A stretch of 64,000 bases of DNA from Planctomycetota bacterium. GTDB lineage: Bacteria > Planctomycetota > UBA1135 > UBA2386. The notes under the pieces were generated by a model. It made no database searches. It was given only the letters and a program-made list of their open reading frames with translations, and had not been told where the DNA came from. The position numbers were made by a program, and so were the translations under genes. Below, one piece after another: positions 1-9,963 of this stretch (its first letter is position 1; each line of letters starts with the position of its first letter). The DNA lies in NCBI GenBank assembly GCA_965228735.1, contig OZ245838.1:5088001-5152000 (forward strand), given 5' to 3'.

Positions 1-201
1 TTTCTCAGCGTGTTCAACCTCCTGCAGTTCGACAACGAGTCGAACAACATCGGCTGGCAGACCCGGCTGCGCTGGATCTACACGCCGGGCTGCGACTTCT
101 TCGCCGTCGTCGGCAGCAGCTGGGGACGGGAGGACGACGGCTCGTTCGTGCCGGCCGAACAGGCCCTCAACCTCAAGATCCAGCACCTGTTGCGGTTCTA
201 G
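1..201 (+). CDS. 3' end of a putative outer-membrane protein (DUF5916-like), 5'-truncated by the window
   Basis: Frame open from base 1 to TAG 199-201; alternating beta-strand pattern (IGWQTRLRWIYTPG) and terminal Phe (HLLRF). Confidence 0.6.
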   Translation, partial: FLSVFNLLQFDNESNNIGWQTRLRWIYTPGCDFFAVVGSSWGREDDGSFVPAEQALNLKIQHLLRF

Positions 202-386
202 GAACGAGCGTCGGCCGTCGTTCTGGCGTTGCCCCCGGTCGTAGCGGGACTACGAGTCCCCTGGCGGAATCCTGAGCGTTGTCCCGCGTCGCGACCGCGG
301 CCGCGGGGATCGCACCGGGACCGCCACGATCCGGTAGAATAGAATCGCCTCTCTGCGCCACCCCGCAAACCCCGAGAGCTGCCCGA

Positions 387-1445
387 ATGCGACTGCACCT
401 GACCCCGTTCTTCCTCCTCGCCGCGATGGCGTCGGCCCAGACACTCGTCACCGCGCCGACTTCGCCCGCCGGCAACGTCGACCGTCCGTTCGCCGGTGGC
501 GTCGGTCGCTACCAGCAGTGGTACTCCGCGTTCTCGCTCAAGGGACCGACCGGCTACACCACGCCCGTGCGCCTCGAGCAGGTCGAGTTCTTCGCTGGCT
601 CGATCCAGTCGTCCAACGCGAACATGATCGACATGGAGGTGATGATCGGGCACGGCAAATCGTTCGGCCTGCAGGGTCTGTTCGGCAGCAACTTCGACGA
701 CCCGCCGGTGACCGTGCTGCCGCGTCAGAACGTCCAGCTCGCCGCCGGCGCGCCCGGCGCGGTCGTGATGACGGTGCCGTTCGCGACCGAGTTCACGTGG
801 GACTTCACGCGGCCGATCGTGATCGAGGTCCGGATCCACGGCAACAGCAACGGCAATCAGCCGTTCCAGTACAACAACCGCGGCACCCTGTCGGGTTTCG
901 GGCAGGCGGCGCGGCTCTACGCGGCTGGCAACCCGAGCGCGACGAGCGGCACCGTGCAGTCCAACATCGGCTTGGTGACGCGCTTCTCCGGCCGCGATGG
1001 CATCGTGCTGCAGTACGGCGCGGGCTGTCCGGGCGAGGGCTTCTTCGTGCCCCAGTACGACGTGGGCAATCTGCCGTGGCCCGGCATCCAGTGGAGTCAT
1101 CAGCTGACGAACGCATCGTCGCAGCGCTTCGCGATCTGGATGATCGGTGACAACCGCAACACGTTCGGCACCGTGACGCTGCCCGTCGATGTCGGCAGCC
1201 TGATCGGCTTCTCGCCGAACGGCTGTCTCTTGCACCAGAACGCGGTCGCGACGGTCTGGGCCAATACGGTCGGCGGCGGTCCGGGTTCGGGCGCCGCGAC
1301 GGTCACCGTCAGTCTGCCGCCCGTCGGCACCTACATCGGCGCGTCGCTGTTCACGCAGTTCTTCGTGCTCGATCCCAACGCGCCGAGCGGCCTCATGGCA
1401 TCGTCGAACGCCAACTGGTCGATCGTCGCCCCGGTCGGCGGCTGA
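387..1445 (+). CDS. Secreted hypothetical protein with Gly/Cys-containing C-terminal domain
   Basis: ATG 387, signal peptide MRLHLTPFFLLAAMASA|Q; GC3-rich codons; C-terminal YGAGCPG...GCLL...FTQFFVLDP...SSNA. Confidence 0.8.
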   Translation: MRLHLTPFFLLAAMASAQTLVTAPTSPAGNVDRPFAGGVGRYQQWYSAFSLKGPTGYTTPVRLEQVEFFAGSIQSSNANMIDMEVMIGHGKSFGLQGLFGSNFDDPPVTVLPRQNVQLAAGAPGAVVMTVPFATEFTWDFTRPIVIEVRIHGNSNGNQPFQYNNRGTLSGFGQAARLYAAGNPSATSGTVQSNIGLVTRFSGRDGIVLQYGAGCPGEGFFVPQYDVGNLPWPGIQWSHQLTNASSQRFAIWMIGDNRNTFGTVTLPVDVGSLIGFSPNGCLLHQNAVATVWANTVGGGPGSGAATVTVSLPPVGTYIGASLFTQFFVLDPNAPSGLMASSNANWSIVAPVGG

Positions 1446-1456
1446 CACCGGCCCGA

Positions 1457-1475
1457 GGGTGGCGGTACCGAACCC
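1457..1475. repeat. Left half of a REP-like palindrome interrupted by the intron
   Basis: GGGTGGCGG (1457-1465) is the perfect reverse complement of CCGCCACCC (3477-3485) in the 3' exon. Confidence 0.75.
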
Positions 1476-3467
1476 TTGCGCCAGGCGAAGCCTGGACGGG
1501 AGAAATCATGACCTGACAGGAATGAGAACCCCGTATTGGAGTCCCGCGGGTGACGAAACCCGCCCGGCGAAGGCTAGCCACCAGCCGGAAGCGAGTCTTG
1601 CGTGGCGACCGGGTAACCGCCGCTGCGAAGCGTAGACAGCGAGGATGTGGGCGGCGCGACTGAGCCCCGAAAGTACCGACAGCGAGAGAGCCGACGTGGT
1701 GGGTTCATCGGAAGGCAACATGGAAGGGCCGCAACCGGCTTGGCCCGGAAGTCTCTCCGGGGTCCTGAGAACGACCGCACGCATCCATCGGACTCCCCAG
1801 GAACCTGGGATCCCCTCGATTGGTCCGATCGTCAACTCCGGCTGGGGCCCGGAAACCAACTCTCCAGGGCCGCGACGTCGTGTCCGCGTCGGTGCCGTCA
1901 AGGAATCCGGACACACGGCCGGTACCGCCGAGCGAAGGAAACGAAGCGACGCGGGACGCCAACGAGGGAGTCGGAGTGCGTCATAGTACCAAAGAGTCCG
2001 GGGAACCCGCCCCACGGGGACCCGGCGGAGGGAAGGGCGTCACCGGCGACAAGGAACCGCTGGACGGACCGACCACGGAGACGACGGGCTCCGAGCAGGT
2101 CTCCACGAAACTCCGGCGGGTAGCGGAGCTGGCGAGGCAGCGACCAGACCTGGTCCTGACCACACTGGCACACCACATGGACATCGCGCTTCTGCGGGAG
2201 GCGTATCGCCGCACGCAGAAGTCCAAAGCTCCTGGTGTCGACGGCGTCACGGCTCGCGACTACGAGCAGGATCTCGAGGGCAACCTCGCGGACCTGCACG
2301 AACGCGCGAAGTCAGGGCGCTATCGCGCACCACCGGTCCGGCGCGTGCACATCCCGAAAGGGAAGGGTGGCACGCGTCCAATCGGAGTGCCGACGCTGGA
2401 GGACAAGGTCTTGCAGCGGGCGGTGACGCAAGTGATGGAGGCGGTATATGAGCAGGACTTCTTGGACTGCTCGCACGGCTTCCGTCCCGGTCGCTCGCCG
2501 CACACGGCACTGGAATCGCTTTGGAAGCATGCGATGTCGATGGGTGGCGGCTGGCTGTTGGAAGTCGACATCCAAGGTTTCTTCGACAACCTGGAGCCGA
2601 CCCATCTGCGAGCGATCCTCGACCAGCGGGTGCGCGACGGAGTGTTCCGTCGACTGATCGACAAGTGGCTGAAGGCGGGGGTGCAGGAGGACGGTGCGCT
2701 GCATCGCTCTCGCAAAGGCACCCCACAAGGAGGCGTGATTTCGCCGCTGCTGGCGAACATCTATTTGCACGCAGTGCTGGACCGTTGGTTTGTCGAGGAA
2801 GTCAAGCCGAGGCTTGCCGGTCGCGCGGAGTTGGTCCGCTATGCGGACGACTTCGTGATCCTGTTTGCCGTCGAAGCCGATGCACGTGCGATGTCGTCGA
2901 TCCTGGCCCAAAGGCTCGGGCGCTTCGGCCTCACACTGCATCCGGACAAGACCCGGTTAGTCCGCTTCCAACCGCCCGAAGACGGCGCGGCGGGGAGCGG
3001 CACTTTCGACTTCCTGGGCTTCACCCATCACTGGTCACGCTCCCGGCGCGGCCGATGGACCGTGCAGCGGCGCACCACACGACACGTCGTGACCCGTACC
3101 CTGACTGGGCTACGGGATTGGTGCCGTCGCAATCGGCACGACAAGGTCCGCGTCCAGTACTCCACCCTGTGCTCGAAGCTACGGGGGCACTACCTCTACT
3201 TCGGCGTGACCGGCAACTCTGCTGCGTTACGTCGCGTATGGTACGAGGCCCGTCGCATCTGGCATCGGTGGCTGAGCCGGCGCTCGCGGGCGGCCTACAT
3301 GTCGTGGGCCCGCTTCGAGCAACTGCTGCGTGCATACCCGCTTCCTCCGCCCCGGCTGACCCGGTCGGTCTACGCAGCGAGCCCTTGTCGCTGACGAGCC
3401 GGATGCGTTAGCCGCGCACGTCCGGATCTGTGGGAGCCCTGGGGGGAGACCCCCAGGGCCACCCGGC
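1476..3467 (+). mobile_element. Group II intron (IIB-like RNA, endonuclease-less IEP, probably bacterial class E)
   Basis: 5' TTGCG at 1476; EBS1 GGGTTC (1701-1706) complements exon GAACCC (1470-1475); EBS2 GTACCG (1673-1678) complements CGGTAC (1463-1468); domain V GAGCCGGATGCG...CGCACGTCCGGATC from 3396; domain VI hairpin with bulged A 3461; RT ORF inside. Confidence 0.92.
2177..3394 (+). CDS. ltrA: Group II intron reverse transcriptase/maturase (start uncertain; RT-like sequence extends up to about 2072)
   Basis: KAPGVDG, RRVHIPK, RPIGVP, SHGFRPGRS, DIQGFFD, GTPQGGVISPLLANIYL, RYADDF, FDFLGFTH; maturase X domain (LRGHYLYFG); no C-terminal HNH domain. Confidence 0.95.
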   Translation: MDIALLREAYRRTQKSKAPGVDGVTARDYEQDLEGNLADLHERAKSGRYRAPPVRRVHIPKGKGGTRPIGVPTLEDKVLQRAVTQVMEAVYEQDFLDCSHGFRPGRSPHTALESLWKHAMSMGGGWLLEVDIQGFFDNLEPTHLRAILDQRVRDGVFRRLIDKWLKAGVQEDGALHRSRKGTPQGGVISPLLANIYLHAVLDRWFVEEVKPRLAGRAELVRYADDFVILFAVEADARAMSSILAQRLGRFGLTLHPDKTRLVRFQPPEDGAAGSGTFDFLGFTHHWSRSRRGRWTVQRRTTRHVVTRTLTGLRDWCRRNRHDKVRVQYSTLCSKLRGHYLYFGVTGNSAALRRVWYEARRIWHRWLSRRSRAAYMSWARFEQLLRAYPLPPPRLTRSVYAASPCR

Positions 3468-3570
3468 GCTTCGAATCCGCCACCCCTGCACCGCCGTAAG
3501 CAGCCGACGAAAGAACGGGTTAGGGGAGTCCGTGCGCGGCGGATGCGAACCCGTTTCGGTACCGCCAGCC
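3468..3570. repeat. Right half of the interrupted palindrome plus a second, inverted copy (3538-3570)
   Basis: GGCGGATGCGAACCCGTTTCGGTACCGCCAGCC resembles the reverse complement of the rejoined site GGGTGGCGGTACCGAACCCGCTTCGAATCCGCCACCC. Confidence 0.7.
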
Positions 3571-3634
3571 ATCGCGGTGGGGCGTCGGCGGCTCGGGTAG
3601 ATTTGCCGATCCGTCGGAATCCTGGAGGCTTTCT

Positions 3635-3674
3635 CAACTACCGGAGTAGTTGTCGCCGAACTACCGTGGTAGTT
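3635..3674. promoter_or_regulatory. Two palindromic operators, probably bound by the adjacent BlaI-family repressor
   Basis: CAACTAC-CGGA-GTAGTTG (3635-3652) and AACTAC-CGTG-GTAGTT (3659-3674) just upstream of the BlaI-like gene; TAC...GTA core as in BlaI/CopY sites. Confidence 0.7.
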
Positions 3675-3708
3675 GGTGACCGCCGGCTACCCCGGATCGA
3701 GTGCCCCC

Positions 3709-4131
3709 ATGACGACGAACGGACCCCGCAATCTCGGCGAGCTGCAGCTGGCCATCCTCCACGCGCTCTGGGACCGCGACGAGGCGGCCGTTGCCGAAGT
3801 GCATGCCGCGCTGAAAGATCGCGGCCTCGCCGTGACGACGATCGCGACCATGCTCCGCAAGATGGAGCAGAAGGGGCTCGTGACGCATCGCGAGAACGGG
3901 CGGCAGTTCCTCTATCGCGCCGAGGTCCAGCCCGACCTCGTGCAGCGCAACATGGTCGGCGATCTCGTGTCGCGCCTGTTCGACGGTGATCCGCTCGAGC
4001 TCGTGAACCACCTGATCAAGGCCGGCGACATCGAGCTCGACGAACTCGAAGAGCTGCGCCAGCGCGTCACCGACGCCGAGCAGGGCGATGAAAGCCTCGA
4101 GCAGGACGGGCGCAAGGAGGGGCGGTCGTGA
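3709..4131 (+). CDS. BlaI/MecI/CopY family transcriptional repressor
   Basis: LGELQLAILHALW...TTIATMLRKMEQKGLV...GRQFLYRA...LVSRLFDG winged-helix pattern. Confidence 0.92.
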   Translation: MTTNGPRNLGELQLAILHALWDRDEAAVAEVHAALKDRGLAVTTIATMLRKMEQKGLVTHRENGRQFLYRAEVQPDLVQRNMVGDLVSRLFDGDPLELVNHLIKAGDIELDELEELRQRVTDAEQGDESLEQDGRKEGRS

Positions 4132-5708
4132 TCGCGTCGTTCGATGACGGCGCGACGACGGTGGCGGCCAACTGGCTGCTGACGTTCGCGATCCACTCGA
4201 CGTGCATACTCGGCCTCGCGCTCGCCCTGAGCCACGCGCTGCGCGATCGCTGGATCGCGCTGCAAGAACGGTTGCTCCGACTCTCGCTCTGGGCGGCAGT
4301 CGCCAGCACGACGCTGCAGCTCACGTGCGCGCCGACTGCGTTGCCGCTGTCGTTGACGAGCAACAACGAGAACGTCGTCGCGGTCGCGCCGGCGGGCACG
4401 GTGCTCGGGATCGGAGCGGATGTCGGATTCGACGGCGACGCGGGCTACGCGGGCCACGCGGACCACGCGGGCGGGCCGATCACGCTGCAACCGCTCGCGC
4501 CGATGCCGCACGACGCGAAGGTTGCCACCGACGCGGGCGGCGCGTTCCGGTTCGCCGAGCTGTCGAACTGGCCGCTGACGACCTGGCTCACGGTGCTCGC
4601 GGCCATCTTCGGCGGCGCGGGCGCGCTCTGGCTGCTGCGCACGCACCATCGGCTGCGCGCGATCCTGCGCCGGCGTGAGCCCGAGACCGACGGCCGCACC
4701 CTCGCGGCGGCGGCGAGTGCGGCCGGCGCGATCGGCCTGCGGCAGTCACCGCACGTCAGTCGCAGCGACGAGATCCTCACGCCGATCGCGTTCGGTCTGC
4801 TGCGGCCGGAGATCTGCCTGCCGCGGCGCGCGAGCGCGCTGCCGGACGACGAACTGCGCGCGATGCTCGCCCACGAGATCGCCCACCTCGAGCGGCGGGA
4901 TCCCGTCTGGATGTGGTTCGCGGCCGGCTTGCAGGCGGCGTTCCCGTGGCAGCTCCTGACCGTGTTCGTGCGGCGGCGCTGGAGCCACCTCGTCGAACTG
5001 CGCTGCGATGCGGTCGCGGCGGCACAAACGAGCCCGACGGTCGTCGCGCGTTGTCTGCTCGACGTCGCCGAATGGCTGCGCCCGGCCAAACCGATCGCGC
5101 CGCTGGCGCTCGGCATGGCGGCGCGACCGTCCGCGCTGCGGCGGCGCGTCGACGCGGCCCTGCGACGCGGCGCCGCGGGTCGACTCGGCCGCGGCTGGTC
5201 GATCGGGCTCTCCGGCCTGTCGCTGTCCGCGCTCACGTTCGTCGCTCCGGGCGTCCAGTCGGCGCCGGCCGCCAACGGCGACGGGGTCGCGGACTTCCGC
5301 TTCTTCGGTGTGCCGGTCGAGAGCGGTGCCGACCGCGACGCTGGCAGCAGCGACGCTGGAGTTCGCGGCACTGGAGATCGCGCGCCGGGCGCCGGTGACG
5401 AAGCCGAAGCGATCGCGGCCGGCGACGCGATGAGCGACTCGTTCCCGGGTCGTGATCCCGAGCCCCGGAACGCGCCGGCCCCCGGCGAGGTCGAGCTGAT
5501 GATCGCGGCAGCGATGAGTCAGCTCGAGACCGAGCACCACATGCTGGAGCACGAGCTCCAGCGTCTGCGCACCCGGGCGGCCGCCGCGCCGCCCGAACGG
5601 CGCCAGCTCGTCGCCCCGCTCATCGCGGAGATCGAGCAGCGCCTCCTGATCGTCGACCGGTCGTGCGAACGCATACGCGAACTCCTCGACCGCCGTGCGG
5701 GCCGGTGA
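4128..5708 (+). CDS. M56 family (BlaR1/MecR1-like) membrane metallopeptidase
   Basis: GTGA overlap with repressor; TM helices; PIAFGLLRPEICLP, LAHEIAHLERRD, ELRCD; C-terminal coiled coil. Confidence 0.9.
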   Translation: MIASFDDGATTVAANWLLTFAIHSTCILGLALALSHALRDRWIALQERLLRLSLWAAVASTTLQLTCAPTALPLSLTSNNENVVAVAPAGTVLGIGADVGFDGDAGYAGHADHAGGPITLQPLAPMPHDAKVATDAGGAFRFAELSNWPLTTWLTVLAAIFGGAGALWLLRTHHRLRAILRRREPETDGRTLAAAASAAGAIGLRQSPHVSRSDEILTPIAFGLLRPEICLPRRASALPDDELRAMLAHEIAHLERRDPVWMWFAAGLQAAFPWQLLTVFVRRRWSHLVELRCDAVAAAQTSPTVVARCLLDVAEWLRPAKPIAPLALGMAARPSALRRRVDAALRRGAAGRLGRGWSIGLSGLSLSALTFVAPGVQSAPAANGDGVADFRFFGVPVESGADRDAGSSDAGVRGTGDRAPGAGDEAEAIAAGDAMSDSFPGRDPEPRNAPAPGEVELMIAAAMSQLETEHHMLEHELQRLRTRAAAAPPERRQLVAPLIAEIEQRLLIVDRSCERIRELLDRRAGR

Positions 5709-5782
5709 CGGCTGTCGCCGCCCGACCCATCCCTCCCGAACAACGAGACCGAACCACCACTCCCTACACCCGAGGTGAACCA

Positions 5783-7669
<1,887 letters not shown>

Positions 7670-7693
7670 GCCGATCGGCGGCCGCCTCGGCCG

Positions 7694-8707
7694 CTACTTC
7701 GGCGTGACCGCGGCGGCTTCGTTCGTCGTGACGTCGCGCCCGAACGGGTCGTCCTCGCCGCGCCGCACGCGCTGCAGGACGGCCTTCGCGAACACGTTGC
7801 GCGGGTTGCGTTCCGCCGCCCGCTCGAGCCACTCGATGGCCGCGACGCGCTTCTTGGCCAGGTAGTTGGCCATGGCCGCGAAGATCGCCGGCCGCTCGTC
7901 GGTCGGTCGCTGATCCGCGACGTACTGGAAGTGCTCCAGCGCGCCGTCGATGTCCTGACCCAGGAAGCGCGGCGCCATGAGCTTGCGCACGCCGAGCACG
8001 AGGTGCAGCTGCGGATCGCGCGCATCACGTTCGCCGGCGCGGCCGATCGCAGCGAGGATGTCGCCGTTGTACTTGAGCGCGCTCGCGAGTCCCGTGATGC
8101 GCTGACTCAGCAATTCGGCCTGAACGCGGTGGTGGGCCGATGAATCGTCACCGAGCTCGGCAGCGCGTTCGAGTGCCTCCTGGGCCCGGTCGAGGTCCGC
8201 GAGGATCGGCTCCGGCAGGTCGGTGTAGACCGGGCGGCCGGGCCGCATGCCGCGACGGCAGCCGCGCTCGATGACTCGCTGCAGCAGCGTGCAGGCCAGG
8301 AAGTGCCACGAGGCGGCGTCCTTCGGTGTGGCCGCGACGCGCGCTTCGAGCTGCTGGACGAGCGCGCTGATCGTCGTGGCGGAGTAGCTGCGGCGGGCGG
8401 TATCGAACGTCGCGTCGAGCTCGGACCGGGCCGTGCTCGAGCTGGCGCCCGCCGGATTGCCGTTCTGGGTCGCGCCATCCGCGGCCGCGGGAATCGGGTT
8501 CGAACCGCCATCGGCCGTCGGCGTCGTTCCCGCGTCGGTCGCTCCGGTTGGCGCGGTCGCGCTGCCCGGATCGACTGCGGTACCCATGGCTGGCACGCGC
8601 GCTTTCGGCACGGCGATGTCCGGCTCGCCGCCCGTCAGCATGCTGTAGGCCGTCGCGCCGATGGCGGCGACGCAGCCGATGGACAACAGGGTGATGGCGC
8701 GGCTCAT
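7694..8707 (-). CDS. Membrane-anchored TPR-like hypothetical protein
   Basis: N-terminal TM segment, Pro/Ala/Thr linker, helical TPR-like repeats (AIEWLERAAERNPRN); start overlaps glcF stop. Confidence 0.7.
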   Translation of the reverse strand: MSRAITLLSIGCVAAIGATAYSMLTGGEPDIAVPKARVPAMGTAVDPGSATAPTGATDAGTTPTADGGSNPIPAAADGATQNGNPAGASSSTARSELDATFDTARRSYSATTISALVQQLEARVAATPKDAASWHFLACTLLQRVIERGCRRGMRPGRPVYTDLPEPILADLDRAQEALERAAELGDDSSAHHRVQAELLSQRITGLASALKYNGDILAAIGRAGERDARDPQLHLVLGVRKLMAPRFLGQDIDGALEHFQYVADQRPTDERPAIFAAMANYLAKKRVAAIEWLERAAERNPRNVFAKAVLQRVRRGEDDPFGRDVTTNEAAAVTPK

Positions 8708-9963
8708 GGGTGGTCGGTGGCGTTTTCCGGCAGCAGCAGTTCGACGAGATGCCGGACGCGCCCTGAGTGGCCGGTCGCCCTGGCGTGACTGTCGAGCTGC
8801 ATCATGCAACCCGGATTGGCCGTGACGATGAGGTCGGGGCGCGCCCTCTCGATCGATTCGATCTTGCGCCGACCTATTTCCGCGGCGAGGTCACTTTGCA
8901 GCAGATTGTAGATCCCGGCCGAGCCGCAGCAGTCCTCGGGCTTGTCGTGGTCGACCACCCGCAACCCCGGCACCGCGGCGAGCAGCTCGCGCGGCGCCGA
9001 CCGCACCCCCTGGCCGTGGCACAGGTGGCACGGGTCGTCGTAGACCACCGCGACGTCCCGCTCGGCGGGCGTCGCCGACAGCCCCTCGGCCGCGAGGAAC
9101 TCACTGATGTCACGGCACTTGGCCGCGAAGCGCTCGCCGTCGGTCGTGCCGAGCAGGTGGCCGTACTCCTTCATCGCGCAGCCGCACCCGGCCGAGTTGT
9201 TGATCACGATGTCCGCGTCCGCAAACGCCTTCACATTCGCCGCCGCGAGCTGGCTCGCGAGGTCCTTGTAACCGGCGTGCACGAGCAGCGCGCCGCAGCA
9301 GCCTTGCGACTCTGGCACGTCGACGTCGAAGCCGTTCAGCAGCAGGAGCCGCAGCGTTGCGCGGTTGACGTCGCCGAACATCTGCTCCATCACGCAGCCG
9401 GTGAAGAGCGCGACCCGCACGCCGCGGCGGGTCACGCCGGCTGGCGGCGTGTGCAGGCCCGTCGGCAGCGGGCGGCGGCTCGCTGCGGGCGGGACGGGCG
9501 GCGCGAGCCGGTCGACCGCCCGGGGCAGCAGGCGCAGGGCCGCACCGATGCGGCGGAGCCCGAGCATCTCGCTGAGGCGCAGAACGCGAAACAGCAGCCG
9601 CAGGCGGCCCTGGCGTGCGACGACGCGCCACAGCAGCGTGCGCGTGAGCCACGCGACGAAGCCCCGCTGCGGCGCCTTCTCCTGCAGTTGCGATCGCACG
9701 TCCTCGAGGATCTCGCCGTAGCGCACACCGGACGGACACGCGGTCTCGCACGCGCGGCAGTCGAGGCAGCGGTCGAGGAACGGGCGGATCGCGTTCGGAT
9801 CCTCGACGCGGCCCTCGGCCAACGCGCGCATCAGGTAGATCCGCCCGCGCGGCGAGTCGGCCTCGACCCCGAGCACCTGGTGCGTCGGACACGCGGGCAG
9901 GCAGAGGCCGCAGTGGACGCAGTCGAGCGTCCGGGCGTAGGGTCTGTCAGCGGAGTCGGCCAT
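8704..9963 (-). CDS. glcF: Glycolate oxidase iron-sulfur subunit
   Basis: CVHCGLCLPACP and CLDCRACETACP 4Fe-4S motifs; two CCG domains (GCCGAL, DCCGSAGIYN); TANPGC. Confidence 0.9.
   Translation of the reverse strand: MADSADRPYARTLDCVHCGLCLPACPTHQVLGVEADSPRGRIYLMRALAEGRVEDPNAIRPFLDRCLDCRACETACPSGVRYGEILEDVRSQLQEKAPQRGFVAWLTRTLLWRVVARQGRLRLLFRVLRLSEMLGLRRIGAALRLLPRAVDRLAPPVPPAASRRPLPTGLHTPPAGVTRRGVRVALFTGCVMEQMFGDVNRATLRLLLLNGFDVDVPESQGCCGALLVHAGYKDLASQLAAANVKAFADADIVINNSAGCGCAMKEYGHLLGTTDGERFAAKCRDISEFLAAEGLSATPAERDVAVVYDDPCHLCHGQGVRSAPRELLAAVPGLRVVDHDKPEDCCGSAGIYNLLQSDLAAEIGRRKIESIERARPDLIVTANPGCMMQLDSHARATGHSGRVRHLVELLLPENATDHP

Noticed and set aside
239..255. Palindrome TCGTAG-CGGGA-CTACGA as another BlaI operator
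   Set aside because: Half-sites are in the opposite orientation (GTAG...CTAC) with different spacing; more likely a simple intergenic hairpin.
2177..3394. RT as a retron, DGR, CRISPR-associated or defence RT
   Set aside because: Flanked by group II intron domains V and VI with EBS/IBS pairings and has a maturase X domain; no msr/msd, TR/VR repeat or cas genes seen.
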